A stretch of DNA of 64,000 nt from the human T2T-CHM13v2.0 reference genome, Homo sapiens: the NCBI RefSeq assembly GCF_009914755.1, contig NC_060926.1. One strand, written 5' to 3'. Below the pieces are notes generated by a model that was not told the origin of the DNA, searched no databases, and saw only the letters and a list, made by a program, of their open reading frames with translations. This document shows, in pieces, positions 42,649-58,560 of this stretch. The translations under genes and the position numbers were made by a program. Every line of letters starts with the position of its first letter. Positions within the stretch are counted from its first letter, which is position 1.

Positions 42649-45600
42649 GAATATGCATATATGCATATTTTCTCCATGCTCATGTTCCCTTCTTCTTGTC
42701 TGGAAATTCCAATTTACTTTTATGATTTTCATGCTGTTTTCTCATATATTTCTCTGTAATACAATTCTGATGTATGCCACTAGGTATGCTTTGAAATGTA
42801 TAAATTAAACAAAAAACCAAAGTAACAATTTTTTTTAAAAAATCTGAGAGTGTACCACATCAATGCTAAGAGAATTTCTCATTTTGTGTTATGCCTGCAA
42901 GTTAAGAAATCACTCAGAGAAAGAGCCCCAACCACCTCAACTCATTGGTGAATACTGGATTTAAACAACTGCTTATTTTGAATCTCCATATATAATCATT
43001 TTTAGCAACTTAGCAACTTTAGATTCTGATTTATTTAGAAACATTTTATTGTAGATTTTATTACACAGATAATTAAAATATAGCTACAAGGCCATAATCA
43101 AATCTGAAGAGAGATTAATTTATTTTACAAATTATAAATAAAATGACTGGTTTATTCATTGACACAATTTGCTAAAAAATAAATGTATAATCTTTAGGTA
43201 TAAGTTATTACTGGGAATATTGTATGAGGAAAAATGTTTACTTTAGCATAATCTATAAAAAGATATGAGAAGATAACGTAAAGCAAAATATGTTTGTGTG
43301 AGGTTCTCTTTTCAGACTAATTATATGAGGACAATGACATTTCATAGACATGGTGTGAGATTTAAACACAGTAATTCAGTAGAAGTACTTAGCTTGGCAC
43401 ATTATAAACACCTTCTGTGGGTTGGCAATTGTATTATTATCATTATAGTCACAACCAAAGGAATTCAGTGATTTTAATTTCCATGTTTTCTTTGAATCAG
43501 AGAATAAACTAAGACACAATGGTAGCTCAAAGTGTGCTCCAGACCCTAAAGTAAAAGATATAGTTCTACTTGTGCTATCTCTTACCACAGATATAACTAT
43601 GGGTGAGTTTCTTAAACTATCTGAGCTTCAGATTCTGATCTAGCAAATATCTTGATATGTTTATATGAATATTAAAAAATATAAGGAGTGAAAATATACT
43701 CTATAATTTCTAGAGCATCTCATAAATGCTGAGATATGAGCCAGTACAGAGAAAGATAGGAGAGAAAAAGGTGAGAGTACAAGGTGCATTGGACTGGCAA
43801 AGCCAGGGTGTTTGGGATATTACATACCTTGTAGTAGAGTTTTGCATTTGATTTTGCAGTAAGGGTGACATACTAGAGTTATTAATAATAAAATAACCAA
43901 TATCAGATCTTTGCCTGATTCAATGTATTTAGTTGCTACCAGAGAGAAACTATGCGTGAGGAAAAATGCAACCAAATTTACCAGAGGGACCTGAGAAAAA
44001 TACAATTGCCAGTAGAAACTGTGTATACCCAATAAGGGAATTTCTCTGTGCCTTGAGGTAGGAGTGTAAGAAAATGCATATATAATTGAAGAAGGATTAT
44101 ACACATATAACTTCTATGTTACCTAGCTTTTGTGAGAGGAATATAATAGGATGGAGGTAGTAGTAGCAGTTGGGTTAGCGGAGGTTTGGCAACATGAATA
44201 ATGTAACCTCCTTTGTAAAAGGGGATCCATATTGCTAGCAAAATTTTGATTTTTTCATATTTAGTAAATTAGAAGTACTTGTGACTAAATCTACTTTAAA
44301 AGTGAAAAGTCATTTTTCCCCTCATGGGACACATAAATCCCCATATTAGACTCAGACATAGGAGGCAATAACAGCTTTGAGAAGGTATCTCTATGTTCAA
44401 CATCATGAGATGAACAAAGACAAATGCAAAGCTCCAACACCACGCCTGGCATACATCAGGTCAAAAAATGCCAACTGTGTGTTAAATGTAACAACTGAAC
44501 ATATTCTTCACTTATGCACTTTGCCTAAATCCCAATAAAATTTTAATAAAAATACAAGGTAGAAATCCATAAGGATAAAGAGACTAGGCAGGAAGCTAGA
44601 GTAGACAAATGATATCAACAAAAATTTAGAAGCAAAAAAGCAGTACATTAGGGTTAGCTAACTTAGCTACTTAGCTCTTTACATTTCTAATGCAGTAAAA
44701 TCTAAGCCAGAGGTTGAAGATAATGAGAGAGATGATGGTCAGGGCAGCTATATTCCAACCACAAAGACTGTGCACTAACAACTCCAGGGGACAGTATTAA
44801 AATAAATTTTGATATGAATGTCACTCAATGAAATCGTGCAACATGGAGGCTCTTGGAGAAAGGCCAAGAAGGAAATCAATACAAAACCAAAATAATGGAA
44901 AGCCTCAGGAATTACAGGTACTTAACACCCCTGAGAATAGTGGAAATGGGAGTGGAATGCGGTGGGAACATAAACTGGAGTATTGGTTGAAATGAGAAGT
45001 TACACCTCCTAGATTTTCTCTTTTAACATTTGCAGCAGAATACTGAAGAATTACTCTCTGAAGAGACTGAACTAGATAATTCTAACCAAAAAACAACAGA
45101 CACAGCCAAAACCCAGGAATATCAAATTACAAATTGGAGAAATACACTCATAGGGTAGAAGCTCTATCCCAGGAACAGATCAAGAATGTACTGGGGTCCA
45201 GTTACTCTCATCCAGATCCTTCATAGGGCAGTGATTCCAAGCCAAAAGAGGCAAGCCAAGAAGACCAAAGTCAACCACTCATACTCAGCATGACACTTGT
45301 AAAGCAGAGGTATAACTCTAAGAAGAGTGAAGCACTGTCCCAGTCCCCAGCTCCAGAGCCATGATGCAGATGTTTTGCTGAGGGAAATGCAGGGCTTAAC
45401 AAACAGAGCTAGGTAGCTCACCTTAAGAATATTAACTTTATTGGTAACAGAGCATGGGAAAGCTCAAGCCTAAAGGAACTGTCAAAAACAATGAATATTT
45501 TGGTGGTGATCAGTTAGCACAAAGATGGTAGCTTCACAGAAATAGCAAGGTAAAATTCAGGACAGATAAAACCAGACAGAAAAAAATAGCTAAGAGGAAC

Positions 45601-46269
45601 CACTGTGGGTTTAGAACAAAGCTCTAAATCTCCTGAAAAGTAGCAAAGATTTTATTGCATAAGACTATTTTAGAGCAATTTATGCAAAAAAGCATTTTTT
45701 TAAACTAATAGAACAATCAGCTGACCGTGCAAGCTATCTGCTAAGTGTAATACCAATAAAGACACACAGCTTAATAATAGAAAGATCAGATAAACAGATA
45801 GACAAAGAGAATCATGTTAAGCCCACTGTCAACACAGGGTAATTGTGAACATGCTCAAGGTTATACCCTCTAAGGGGTACATCAGGGACTGCATACTATG
45901 GGGAAATAGATGTCACTGAAAAAGCCAAGCCCAGATAATAAACAATTAAATATGCAAACAAAAATAAACCCCACTGTGGAAGGAAAGGTTTTCAGAGTTG
46001 CTAAAATACATTACATAAAATTCTTTTTTCAACTAAATATTATGAGACTTACAAAGAAATAGCAATGTGCGACCCATATACAAGAAAAAAAGTTAGTAAA
46101 AGACTCTGCCTTTCAGAAGCCCCAGATGTTGAAATTAGCAGACAAAGACTTCAAATCAGCTATTATAAATACATTTAAAAAACTTTTGAAAACATGCTTA
46201 AATAAGTAAAGGAATGATATGACAACAGCACATAGACAACAAAAGAAAAAAATACATTTAAACTCAAAA

Positions 46270-47295
46270 ATTCCAAACATGTGTAAGTGGGACATGATCA
46301 GAATGAAAAAGCAACCCATAGAATGACAGACAATATTTGCAAATCATACACAATAAGGAATTAATATTTATAACATAAAAAGAACTCCTGCAAGTCAACA
46401 ACAAAAGAGCACCTAGTTTAAAAATGGGCGAAGACTTCACATTTCTCCAAAGATACGCAAATTGCCAATAATCATATGTAAAAATAGTATCACCAATCAT
46501 TAAGGAAATAAAAATAAAAACCACAATGAAATATCACTTCACACTCATTAAGACAGCTATTATTAAACAAAACTAAACACACAAACAAACACAAATGGAA
46601 AATAACCAGTTTTGGTGATGATGTGGAAAAATTAGAATCCTTTTGCATTGGTGGTAGAGAGGTAAAATGGTGCAGCCACTATGGAAAACAAATTAAAGAT
46701 AAAATTATGATATGATACACTATTCCACTTCTGGGCATTACTCAAAAGAATTCAAACTATGGTCTCAAAGAGATATTTGTACAACCATGCCCATAGCAGT
46801 GTTATTCACAATAAAAAAGTGGAACAAATTCACCACCCAAATGTCTACTGACAGATGAATGAATTAACATAATATAGCATTTGCATAAAGTGGGACATTA
46901 TGCAGGCTTAACAAAAAAGAAAATTCTGACATATGCTGCATCATGGATACACCTAAAAGTCATTACCATTAATGAAATAAGCTGTCCACAGAAGAACACA
47001 TATTGTATGATTCTATTTATATGAGTTACTTAGGGTAGTAAAATTCATAGAGACAAAGTAGAATGGTGGGTGCCAGAGGGTAGGGGAAACAAGAAACAAG
47101 AATCCATTACTTAATGGATTACTTAATGGAGAGTTTCAGTATGAGAAGATAAAAAATTTCTGAAGATAGATGGTTGCACAACAGTATAAATGTACTTAAT
47201 ACCACTGAACTATATAATTTAAATTGGCTATAATGGCAAGTTTTATATTATATGTGTGTTACCACAATAAAAGTAGTAAAAAGAAAATTAAAAAG
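46270..47295 (+). mobile_element. L1MB-like 3' fragment nested in the older L1
   Basis: ORF2 C-terminus and 3'UTR (aaatggtgcagccactatggaaaac...aatgtacttaataccactgaact...accacaataaaa) interrupt ORF1-like sequence. Confidence 0.7.
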
Positions 47296-49330
47296 AAGTA
47301 AATGAAGCTATAAAGGGAATGAATGCCCCATCAACAGAAGTATGCAAATGAGAAGATAGAAATTACTAAAATGAACTAAATAGGAATTCTTGGTTTGAAA
47401 AGAAAAATAACCAAAATGAAAATTTTATTTGAGGGGTTTCATAGTACATTTTAACTAACAGAAGGAAGAAATGATAAACTTGAAGTCATATTATATAATC
47501 GGAATAATGCAGGGAACAAAAGCTATGGAAAAATAAACAGAGCTTGAGATAAATGTGGGACATCAGTAAGTATGCCAACATACACATAATGAGAGTAGCA
47601 AAATAATAAGAAGAAAAGAAGGGAACAGAACAACAACATTAAAAAAAAAACACAAAAACTTTCTATATTTGATTTTAAAAAAATCAACACAACCAAGAAT
47701 CAACAATGTCCAAGTAGGATAAACACAAAGGCATTCACAATATAGTAAAAATGTTGAAGGACAGAGACAAAGAAAAAAATTTGAAAGCAGAAAGAGAAAA
47801 AAATATTTATACAAAGAAGTCCCAATATGAATAACAGCAGACTCGTTATTGGAACCTATGGAGGTCAAAAGGCAGTTGGATAATATATTCAAAGTGCTGA
47901 AAGAGAAAAAAATGCCAACCAAGAATCTTATTTCCAGCGAAGCTCTCTTTACAAAATTAGAATTCAAAATAAACTGAAAGAACATATTGTTAGTAAACCT
48001 AGCTTATAAGAAATACTAAAGGAAATTCTTTAGACACAGAACAATTGACTGCAGATAGTAAGTAGAAACCATATGAAAAAAAAAAAAACCCAGGATTGAT
48101 AATGATATAGCTAAGTATAAAAGATGTTACAAGTACATAATGTCTCATTTCATAGTTGATTTATAAAGCAATTATGTAAAAATTATGTACATAATTGTAT
48201 CAGGCTTATAACATATAGAAATGTAATAGATTTGCCAATAATAGCACAAAGGAGAAAAACAAAAGCAATGCTCTCTTGGAGTAAGAACATGACATCAGAT
48301 TGTAATCCACAGAAACAATGAAGAGAATCAGAACTGCTAAAAAGAAGGTTAATACAAAAATCTTTCCTAACCTGTCTTCTCTCAGCCTCTATAAAAGACA
48401 TAAAATTATACAAAGTAACAATTATAGCTATGTATTATTGGGTTTATAACACAATGACTTAATATGTATAACAATAATAGCAATCATACAAGAAGAGAGA
48501 ATAGAGTTATTTATATATGAGTAACATTTCTATATCTAAAAGTAGTATAAATCTGAAGTCAATTATGATAAACTGAGATATATCTTGTATTACTTAGGAC
48601 AACTATTAAGAAAACAACTCAAACCTAATGAAATAAACTATTAAAATAATTGAAATATTACACTACAAAATATTCACTTAAGGAAGAGAAACATTAAAAA
48701 AGAAATAGAAATCCAAAAATGACATGTGATAAGGAAAACAAAAGGTAAAATACCAAACATAAATTGGACTCTATCAATAATGACATTAAATGTAAATGGA
48801 TTAAACACGAAATCCAAAGTCAGAACTATCAACAGCATAAAAACTTCAGATCAGACTATATGCCATCTACAAGAGACATACTTGAGATCCAAAGATACAA
48901 ATAGGTGGAAAGAAAATGGATGGGAAAAAAATGTAGCATGCAAATAGCAACCATAAGAAAGTTGGAGTGGCTATATAATTATTTGACAAAACAGACTTTA
49001 AAAATAAAAAAATAGAAACAAATAAAGACATTTTACAACAATGAAAGGGTGAATCCATCAGAAAAAAATACAACAATTATAAACATAAAAGCACCAAAAA
49101 AATAGACTCACAAAATATATGAAGCAAAAGCTGACAGAATTGCAGGGAAATATAGAGAATTCAAGAAAAATAGTTGAAGACCTCAATGTTCCACTTTTAA
49201 TAATGGCAAGAACAATTAAGCAGTAGATCAACAAAGAATAGAATACTTGAGCAACATTATAAACAACTAGACCTAGTTGACATCTACAACATCTTGTCCA
49301 ACAATAGCAGAATACCTATTGCAAAACTTA

Positions 49331-49625
49331 TGCCAGGCGGGGTGGCTCACGCCTGTAATCCCAGCACTTTTGGAGTCCAAGATGGGTGGATCACCTGAGG
49401 TCAGAAGTTCGAGACCAGCCTGGCCAATTTGGTGAAACCCCATCTCTATGAAAAATACAAAAGTTAACTGGGCATAGTGGCTCATGCCTGTACTCCCAGC
49501 TACTTGGGAGGCTGAGGCAAAATAATCACTTGTACCCAGGAGGTAGGGGTTGCAGTGAACCGAGATCATACCACTGCACTCCAGCCTGGGCCACACAGTG
49601 AGACTCCATCTCAAAAAAAAAAAGG
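49331..49625 (+). mobile_element. AluS-type SINE inside L1
   Basis: Full Alu dimer with poly-A. Confidence 0.92.
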
Positions 49626-51730
49626 AAGAAAAACGTACTACAAATCTATAATCATCAAGACAGGGTGGTACTGGCATAAAGATGCACACATAGATAAATG
49701 TAACAGAATTGAGAATCCAGAAATAAACTCTCACATCTATGGTCAATTACTTTTTGCAGGGTGCCAAGAAAGTTCAATGGGGAGGAATTAATTTTTCCAA
49801 CAAATTGTACTAGGTCAACTGGAAATCCACATGCAAAAAAAATAAAGTTGGAAACTTCCTATGCCACATACAAAAATTAACTCAGAATGGACTGCTGGCC
49901 TCAGTAAAAGAGTTACAACGAGAAAACTCTTAGAAGAAAAAATGTGAGTAAATCCTTGTTTCCTTGGGTTAGAAAAAAGGCTTGTTTGGTATGATATAAA
50001 ATGCACAAGTGACAAAGGAAAAAATACATGCATTGGACTTAACAAAAGTATTTATGCTTCAAATAACACCATCAAAAAAGTGAATAAACAATTCATACAA
50101 TGCGAGAAAACATTTTCAGATCCAATCTGGTGAGAGACTTGTATTCAGAATATACAAATAACTCTTATAATTCAGTAATAAAAAGGAAACCCAATATAAA
50201 AACAAAGGATCTGCAGATATTTCTGTAAAGAAGTTACACAAATGTCCAATAAACACATAAATGGATATTCAACGTCTGTAATCATTATGCAAATGTAAAT
50301 CAAAACCACAACAAAATACTACCTCACACCTGTTAGGGTGGTTATAATCATAGTGACAGACAATAACAAGTGTTGGTGAGGATATAGAGAAATGGAATCC
50401 TCCTACACTCTTGATGGACATATAAATGATCCAGCTACTTTGGAACCCATGTTGGCAGTTCTTCAAAAAGTTATAAGTAGAGTCACTGTATGTCCCAACA
50501 ATTCTACTCTTAGATATATACTCAAAAGAAATTAGAACACACAAAAACTTGTATATGAATATTCATAGCAGAGTTACTTACAGTAGCCAAAACTGGAAAC
50601 AATTCAAGAATCTTTCAATGGATAAATAGGTAAACAAAAAGAGGTATATCCATATAATGGAATATCATTTGGCAATAAAAAAGAATAAAGTATGATACAA
50701 GCTACAACATGAGTAAAACTTGAAATCATTATGCTAGTGAAAGTAGTCAGTCACAGAAGACTACATATTGTATAATTTCATTTATGTGAATTATCCAGGA
50801 TAGACAAAGCAGTAGAGAAAAAGTAGAATGGTTGTTCCTAGTACTGGGGGATATTGTGGGAAAATGAGGAGTGACTGCTAATGGATGCATGGCTATTTTT
50901 GGCATAATGAAAATGTTCTATAATTTATTGCAGTGATGGTTGCACAACTATAAATATATTAAAAATCTTTAGATTTTCATACTTCAGTTGGGTAAATTGT
51001 ATGGTATGTAAATAATACCATTATAAAGCCATTATTTTTAAATCACATACAAAAAAACTAGACATTACAATGGCACTGAAAACTTCAGTAGCAGAAGTGG
51101 AATTTAGAAAGCAGTTAAGTACTACCTTAAATTCTAATATATAATGATTTTCAACTTCTACTTCTATGCATAGTCAAACTATCAGTTAAGAGAACAGAAT
51201 AAAGACGTTTTTGGACATATAAGTCAACCAAAAATTTATTACCCAAGCAACTTTTCTCAGAAAGCTTATACAGAAGCAACAATACAGAAACATTTTTGTC
51301 CTCCACCAAAAAAGAGAAAACCAAGTTGGAAAAAGGCGAATGATCCAGAAGACAGAAGAGCCTACACATGAGAAAGCAAAGCCACTTCCCAGGAGGCTGG
51401 TAAAAAGAAATCCTGATAACACCCATGCAACCAGTCTAAACTACAACAAATACACAAGGGGTTTCAGAAGTTGTATCACCAATAATTTTTTTTAAAATAG
51501 TAAAGTAAATAAATGTATTCATAGCATACTATGTGGTTCAGCTCTCTAGATAATATACAAGGAGGTGAAAACAGTGAATATTGGTTTAAACAATACTGTG
51601 ATATAATATTGGAAACATCTGTGTGGTAGGCAGAGTATGGGGGAGAATTCTAAGCAAACAAAATATTCATCTTTCAGTAGGGAGGGAGTTGATGGTACCT
51701 AAACTGGAAAAGTCAGGAAATACCAGTAAT

Positions 51731-52035
51731 GGTCGGGTGTGGTGGCTCATGCCTGCAATCCCAGCACTTTGGGCGGCCAAGGCGAGTGAATTGCTTGAGC
51801 CCAGGAGTTTGAGATCAGCCTGGGCAACATGGCAAAACCCCATCTGTACAAAAAAATACAAAAATCAGCTGGGCATGGTGGTGCATGTCTGTAGTCTTGA
51901 CTACTATTTGGGAGGCTGAGGTGGGAGGATAACTTAAGCCCAGAAAGTTGACGCTGCAGTAAGCCATAATTGCGCCACTGCACTCTAGGATGGATGACAG
52001 AGTGAGACCCTTTTTCAAAAAATAAAAGAAAAGAA
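51731..52035 (+). mobile_element. AluJ-type SINE
   Basis: Diverged Alu dimer; approximate TSD gaaata(c/t)cagta. Confidence 0.9.
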
Positions 52036-52594
52036 ATATCAGTATAAGCATGTTATTTTTTAAATATGCAGACTAAAACACATTCAAAGAAAAGCTAAAA
52101 GTGGGGTGTCTTTGGAGAACAGAAATTAGAAATGGCGTAGTGTGAAGTAGATAACCACTCATCTGTATGTTAAGCTTTACAGAACAATTTGAATTTTAAG
52201 CCATGTAATGTACATATATATATATATACACATACACATATATAAAACTTTTATTTCAAAACTGATTAAGTTAAAAATATAAACCAGATGGCCTCTCTAT
52301 AAGTTTTCACATATAATCAGTGCAAACATGTTTACACTTTTGGGTGCTTTCTGAGGGATTTCATCAAACAAAAGTATTCATTTTAATGGATCATATTTTT
52401 TTGGTGAAGGCTATCTTAGCTGTTTTCACTCATTGCTTTCCAAAAGTATTTTATTTTTTATTTCCACTTTCCAAAACACTTGTAATATTTAATTCTCTCA
52501 ACCTGTTTGTGGTTTCACATAACTATCCTCACTTCCTTCGCAGCACTTACCACAGTCTGTAAATTATTTCAATTATTCTTTGGCTTGATAATTT

Positions 52595-53755
<1,161 letters not shown>

Positions 53756-56089
53756 TCCACAGGTAGTTTAATTGCTTTCACTTTTTCTTGCCTTCAGTGT
53801 TAATTGTGAATACTGTTGAGATATCATTTAATAACATAGCTTCAGGCTATGATTAACTGAACAGCAAAGCCATGATTAAAACTTTAACTTTTGGGAATAA
53901 AAGATAGCAGATTATATAATCAGAAAATATATGGATGGGAGTATATATTTTTTGTTGTTGTTGTTTTTCATCCTTTTTTTTTTTTTTTCTGTTGGTGCAT
54001 ATATGTCAGATTGGAAAAAGCTAGCCTATGACACCCAGGGAAAGAATGTGAGGTGAATGTTCTCACCCAAAAAGAAGATCACACAATCCAATTATTATTT
54101 AGAAGTGGTGCAGATACAAGATAATTTAAAAAGAGAGTAGTATATTAATCACAAGTGCTACCCAAAGGGGCAGATTATATGTATTTGCACATTGGAAAGG
54201 CAAACAAAATAAAACCCTCAAAAATCCCAAAATAAAATACAATAACCTTATGGGATATTGCAATGACACGTAAGAATAATAATATCCATACTTCTTGAAA
54301 ATAATAAGAAAACATTAAGTAAATATAAGAGCTCAAGCTTATCTTCCCAATATTTCAACAAGCAAATTTATTTTGATTCGTGAGCATGAGTCAAACTCAT
54401 CAAAATCCTAAGTTGTCTCAAATTTCCTTTCTTAGACTCATTATATGTACTCTACAAAGGTAAAGGAAAAAAATATAATAAAGTTTCTGAAGGAGAGGTA
54501 TTAATGCTTCAGGAGAAATTGGCTGGGGCTCAGAGAATTGCTCAGTCCCAGGAAGAGTCACCTTGAGATTATCCAAATTTTCTGTTACATTCTAGGTAGA
54601 ACCCAGTACTCCAGGCTTCTATCCTTGCTTCGGGCCTGGCAAAGATAGGCTTCCTAGTATAAATAGTATATAATAGTATATTCCTAGTATAAATAGGTCA
54701 GCTGCAGAAGAAGGCTTTGGATCTTGTTTGTACTATGCCACGTTAGAAACCTGTTCACTTTGGCCTTTAATTTTAAAATTAATTAATCTATTATTTAATT
54801 AACTACATGTACTGGGTCACGTTGCTGACTAAGTAAAGCAGAGTGAATTTCCTAAGGCTATAATCCGACTCTTAGGAAGAAAGATTAGTGTAACACTATG
54901 GCTAAAATGATGAGGGTGATCTTTTCCCTTAGCTTATTTTTATTTCACCTAGGGAATACTTTGCATAGAAGGAGCAAAGGGACCCATGAGGCCTGCTTTG
55001 TTGAAGCTTAAAATAATGTAGGCTTCACAATTCCATACATTCAAGTCTGGAAGACCAACAGACTGACTTCTGCCTAAACTGGTCTTCTGTTTATCTTTTG
55101 GGGGTAAAATATCCAGGGAAGGCTGAGTTGATACCCTTTCCTTAATTTTACTTCTTGCCCTTTCCTATTATCTGTCTCTGGCCAATACTGAGATTTCTTC
55201 AATTACTCTTAATTGCACAGGCAGAATACACAGCCTGAGAGTGGAGCTAGAAGAAAACACTTGGTTCCGTTTTATTGGAGGGGATGGACATACCTATTTA
55301 CCTATGCAAAAATTATTTAAATTAGCCAACAGATAAATTATTCAAGGATTATCATTAATTTATGTGAAGAATAATTATTCTCTCATACTTTATAACATCT
55401 CTGATTTTGTAAATAAATAGGACATTTTAAATTAACAGTTTTTTGGGGGATAGTAGGTATCTTATACAAACCATACAGAAACGAAGCAAAAAAAAAGGTT
55501 GAAAAGATTAAATGAATTGATTATGCACCTAATTTTTTAAATGTTTATAGTAATTCTTATAATGTTAAATATTGAGTATTTTGGGGAGGAATCAAGGCAT
55601 ATACTCAGGAGAATTCATTTTAGAAATCCATGATGCAGGTTGCAAAATTATCCTAACACCAAGTCTTACAGTAAATCCTTTTGGTTCTATGGATTTTTGA
55701 TACTTGGAAAAGTACCAAAAGATTGGTACTGTAGAAGTGATTACTCAAAGAGTTAATTGCCTTCTAGAACAATTTAATCAGTCCTTAGGGTAATAGAAAG
55801 TGGTTTGCTTGGCATGTCACAAATTAGAAAACAATTGCTTGAAAGCATTGCAAGAAAAAGTACTGGATTTCTCCAGTACCCCCAGGGCCTTAGGAGTGTC
55901 TGACACATGAAATATGTCAGTAAACATGTGCTGAATGAAAACTACATGTCTGTCATATTTCATTTCTTCTTTTGGAGCCTGGAACAAGCTATCCTCTCAA
56001 CGAAGATGTGATTCATTCGTTTGCCTCTTAATATAGGCAAGCTCTGACTTACGATTTGTCAATCTGAGCAGCACTAATTTTTGGAGGGG

Positions 56090-56178
56090 AGGGATAATAC
56101 AATAGGTTGTTTTCAAACATGTTGGTGAAGATAAGGGATAATACAATAGGTTGTTTTCAAACATGTTGGTGAAGATAA
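56090..56178. repeat. Perfect 44-bp tandem duplication
   Basis: agggataatacaataggttgttttcaaacatgttggtgaagata occurs at 56090 and 56134. Confidence 0.95.
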
Positions 56179-56778
56179 AGTTAATGTCTCAAGGCAAGCT
56201 AGTCACTGTCAATAGAAAATCAGTTTCCATTAGCAATTTACTTTTATTTTGTGGATGCAAACTTATAGACTGTGGGTCCCTTATCTCTTCTTCTACCAGC
56301 AGATTTGTGCTTCTACAGAATTTAGTAGCAAAAGCCCAAGTAAACAAGTTGAATCCCTTTAAGTAAAGGAAAACCATAATTATGGTCAATTTTAGAGTTT
56401 TTAAAAGTAATGTTAGGAATCTGAGCCACCTCTTACTACGTTGCGTGAATTTTTCAAATTGTGAATGGGTTTCAAGAGAGATACATGCACATGCTCTGAA
56501 TTACATTGCCTTTCCCCAAAGTGACCACATAGTCCCAAGAGACAGGACTGTAATTACATGAGTGCAAACAGTCCAGCTTCCATATGACGAGTTATTTGGT
56601 TTCATGTACACACATAAGACACAAGGTGAAAATTGATATTTCTCACACTTCATAGTTTTAAATGTGTCTTTTGATGTCCCTAACATTTATCTCTGCAAAT
56701 ATGATTTAACACATATAATAGACTACGTTAGAAACTAAACAAGTAAATAAAAAATTACAAGAAACAACATATAAGCTA

Positions 56779-56857
56779 TTAAGTTGGTGCAAAATAATTG
56801 TGGTTTTTGCCATGAAAAGCAATGGCAAAAACCTCAATTACTTTTGCAACAACTTAA
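56779..56857. mobile_element. MADE1 (Hsmar1-derived MITE)
   Basis: ~80-bp palindrome ttaagttggtgcaaaataattgtggtttttgccat...atggcaaaaacctcaattacttttgcaacaacttaa flanked by TA dinucleotides. Confidence 0.93.
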
Positions 56858-58074
56858 TAATAAATAATTTTCTATTCTAGATTTATATAGTCTTATTTAG
56901 GATGCAGAACGCTTAATATTGGCTTGTTTAAAGTCCCAGTAATAAAAGTGTTAGCAAGGATTTACTCTGAAAATAACTGCTACCTAGCAAATTTTATTTT
57001 TGTACATTCCTAAATTTTCTAAATTTTGATAATAAACATATAGTACTTAATAATAGAAAGTAAATTTTATTAAGAAAACAAAGTGGTTTTATTAAATCCA
57101 CAATAAAACTAGACTGAAAAGAATCAGTGATTTTCATAGTAGGCATTATAAAGTAATTAGCTGATTAGAGAGTTTGCCAAATAAAGGTGCAGCCCATATT
57201 TGTATTCAGGCCTTAAAATGACAGTGCCACAGATTTTTGCTCTCTCTCATTGATTTATATTTTCATAAATTTGCCTGATCTTATCATAATATTATTCATT
57301 TCCATTTTATTATTCAATATTCATACTCAAAATACCAATGTCTAGACAGGCCTTATCAAATACTGTTTGCTTTTCCTGGTTCATAGTCCCAATTTTAGAA
57401 ATACATTTATTTTATAGATTGAGCTTTTTACTTTAATTTACCCTAAGCCTTATTTTCCTCCACATAAAACCTTCTTGCTTTCTTTTCTGGCAGCAAAGGG
57501 TACCTTGATTGATAGAATTCAATCACTGGATTGAAATAATGCAGCTGGCTTTTATCTTACATTAGTATGTCTTTTTATTAGTTTTACTTATTACATGAAA
57601 AAGACTGTGACAAAAATGTAATGATTGTAGGTATCCCACCTGGGCCTATAACTCTGTCTAGATTATAAAATAGAGACTTTGCAGAAAAAAAATCTGAAAA
57701 TTCTGGGTAAGAGTTACAAGAGAGACATTGGTAAAAGTATAAAATGAGTCTTATATAAATATGCCAATCACTAATTCTAAAACAAGATAGATTTGCCAGG
57801 AAGGCATGTGCTTGAACACATATGCTTAATGAAATATTAAAAGATGTTAATATTTTTACTTATGTCTTTAAATTTGATAAAATTGTAGTATCTCAAGCAG
57901 GTTTTTCAAATAGTAGAGAGTCAGTATATTGTTAAACTAGTTATCTAGAACCCAGTCAGTAAATTTACATAACTGTATTCTGCTCACATTAATATTCTAC
58001 GCCGTAACACAACAATAAAGAGATATTAAACAAACTGAGAGGTACAAAACTAAAGAGTTAAGTAAGAGTTAACA

Positions 58075-58560
58075 AGGCAGTATGGTATAGTAGTTAGAAA
58101 CATAAGCTTGATGACAGACTGTTTCACATCCAGTCTTCTACTTACTAGCTATGTGAGCTACCCTGAAGAGATCACTTGATCCTTCCAAGTCTTAAGTTTC
58201 TAAACCGTAAAGTGATCATAAGAACATTAACTTTACAAATCTTCTGGGAAGAAAAAGAAAAGATAATGCTGGCCAAATACCAAGCCAACTCTGATCTTGG
58301 TAAATAGTAGCTACTTTTCTAAAAATATATATTTTCTTAAATGTGTAGGATTTATTTTTCTAAAGTATGTCATAGTGCCTGTACAAATTTCTTTTGGATG
58401 ACCTTGAAAAAGTAACTGAACCAATTTTGGACCTCATTGCTTTCAAAGGTAATAGAGTTACCAGCTGTGCCTGCTTCATGGGATTACAGGGGAGACTAAA
58501 GGGCAAAGTGTATATAAAGCACGTAATATAATTCTTGGGACATGTAAAAGCTAGTTAATA
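58075..58560 (+). mobile_element. MIR SINE relics
   Basis: aggcagtatggtatagtagttag...cttactagctatgtga... MIR motifs; second fragment at ~58400-58560. Confidence 0.6.

Larger units (their letters stand above)
44500..51050 (+). mobile_element. Long degenerate L1M element (5' region, ORF1, ORF2 endonuclease, ORF2 C-terminus, 3'UTR) with nested insertions
   Basis: ORF1-like sequence at ~47300-48050; endonuclease motifs TLNVNGLN and ICHLQET in ORF 48726..48947; ORF2 end and 3'UTR at 49630-51050. Confidence 0.75.

Noticed and set aside
54651-54696. ttcctagtataaatag repeated at 30-bp spacing with TATA-like motifs
   Set aside because: Short AT-rich slippage duplication with no promoter context.
55711-55879. 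Two short hairpins (agtaccaa...ttggtact; gtactgga-tttc-tccagtac)
   Set aside because: Stems of only ~8 bp; compatible with chance.
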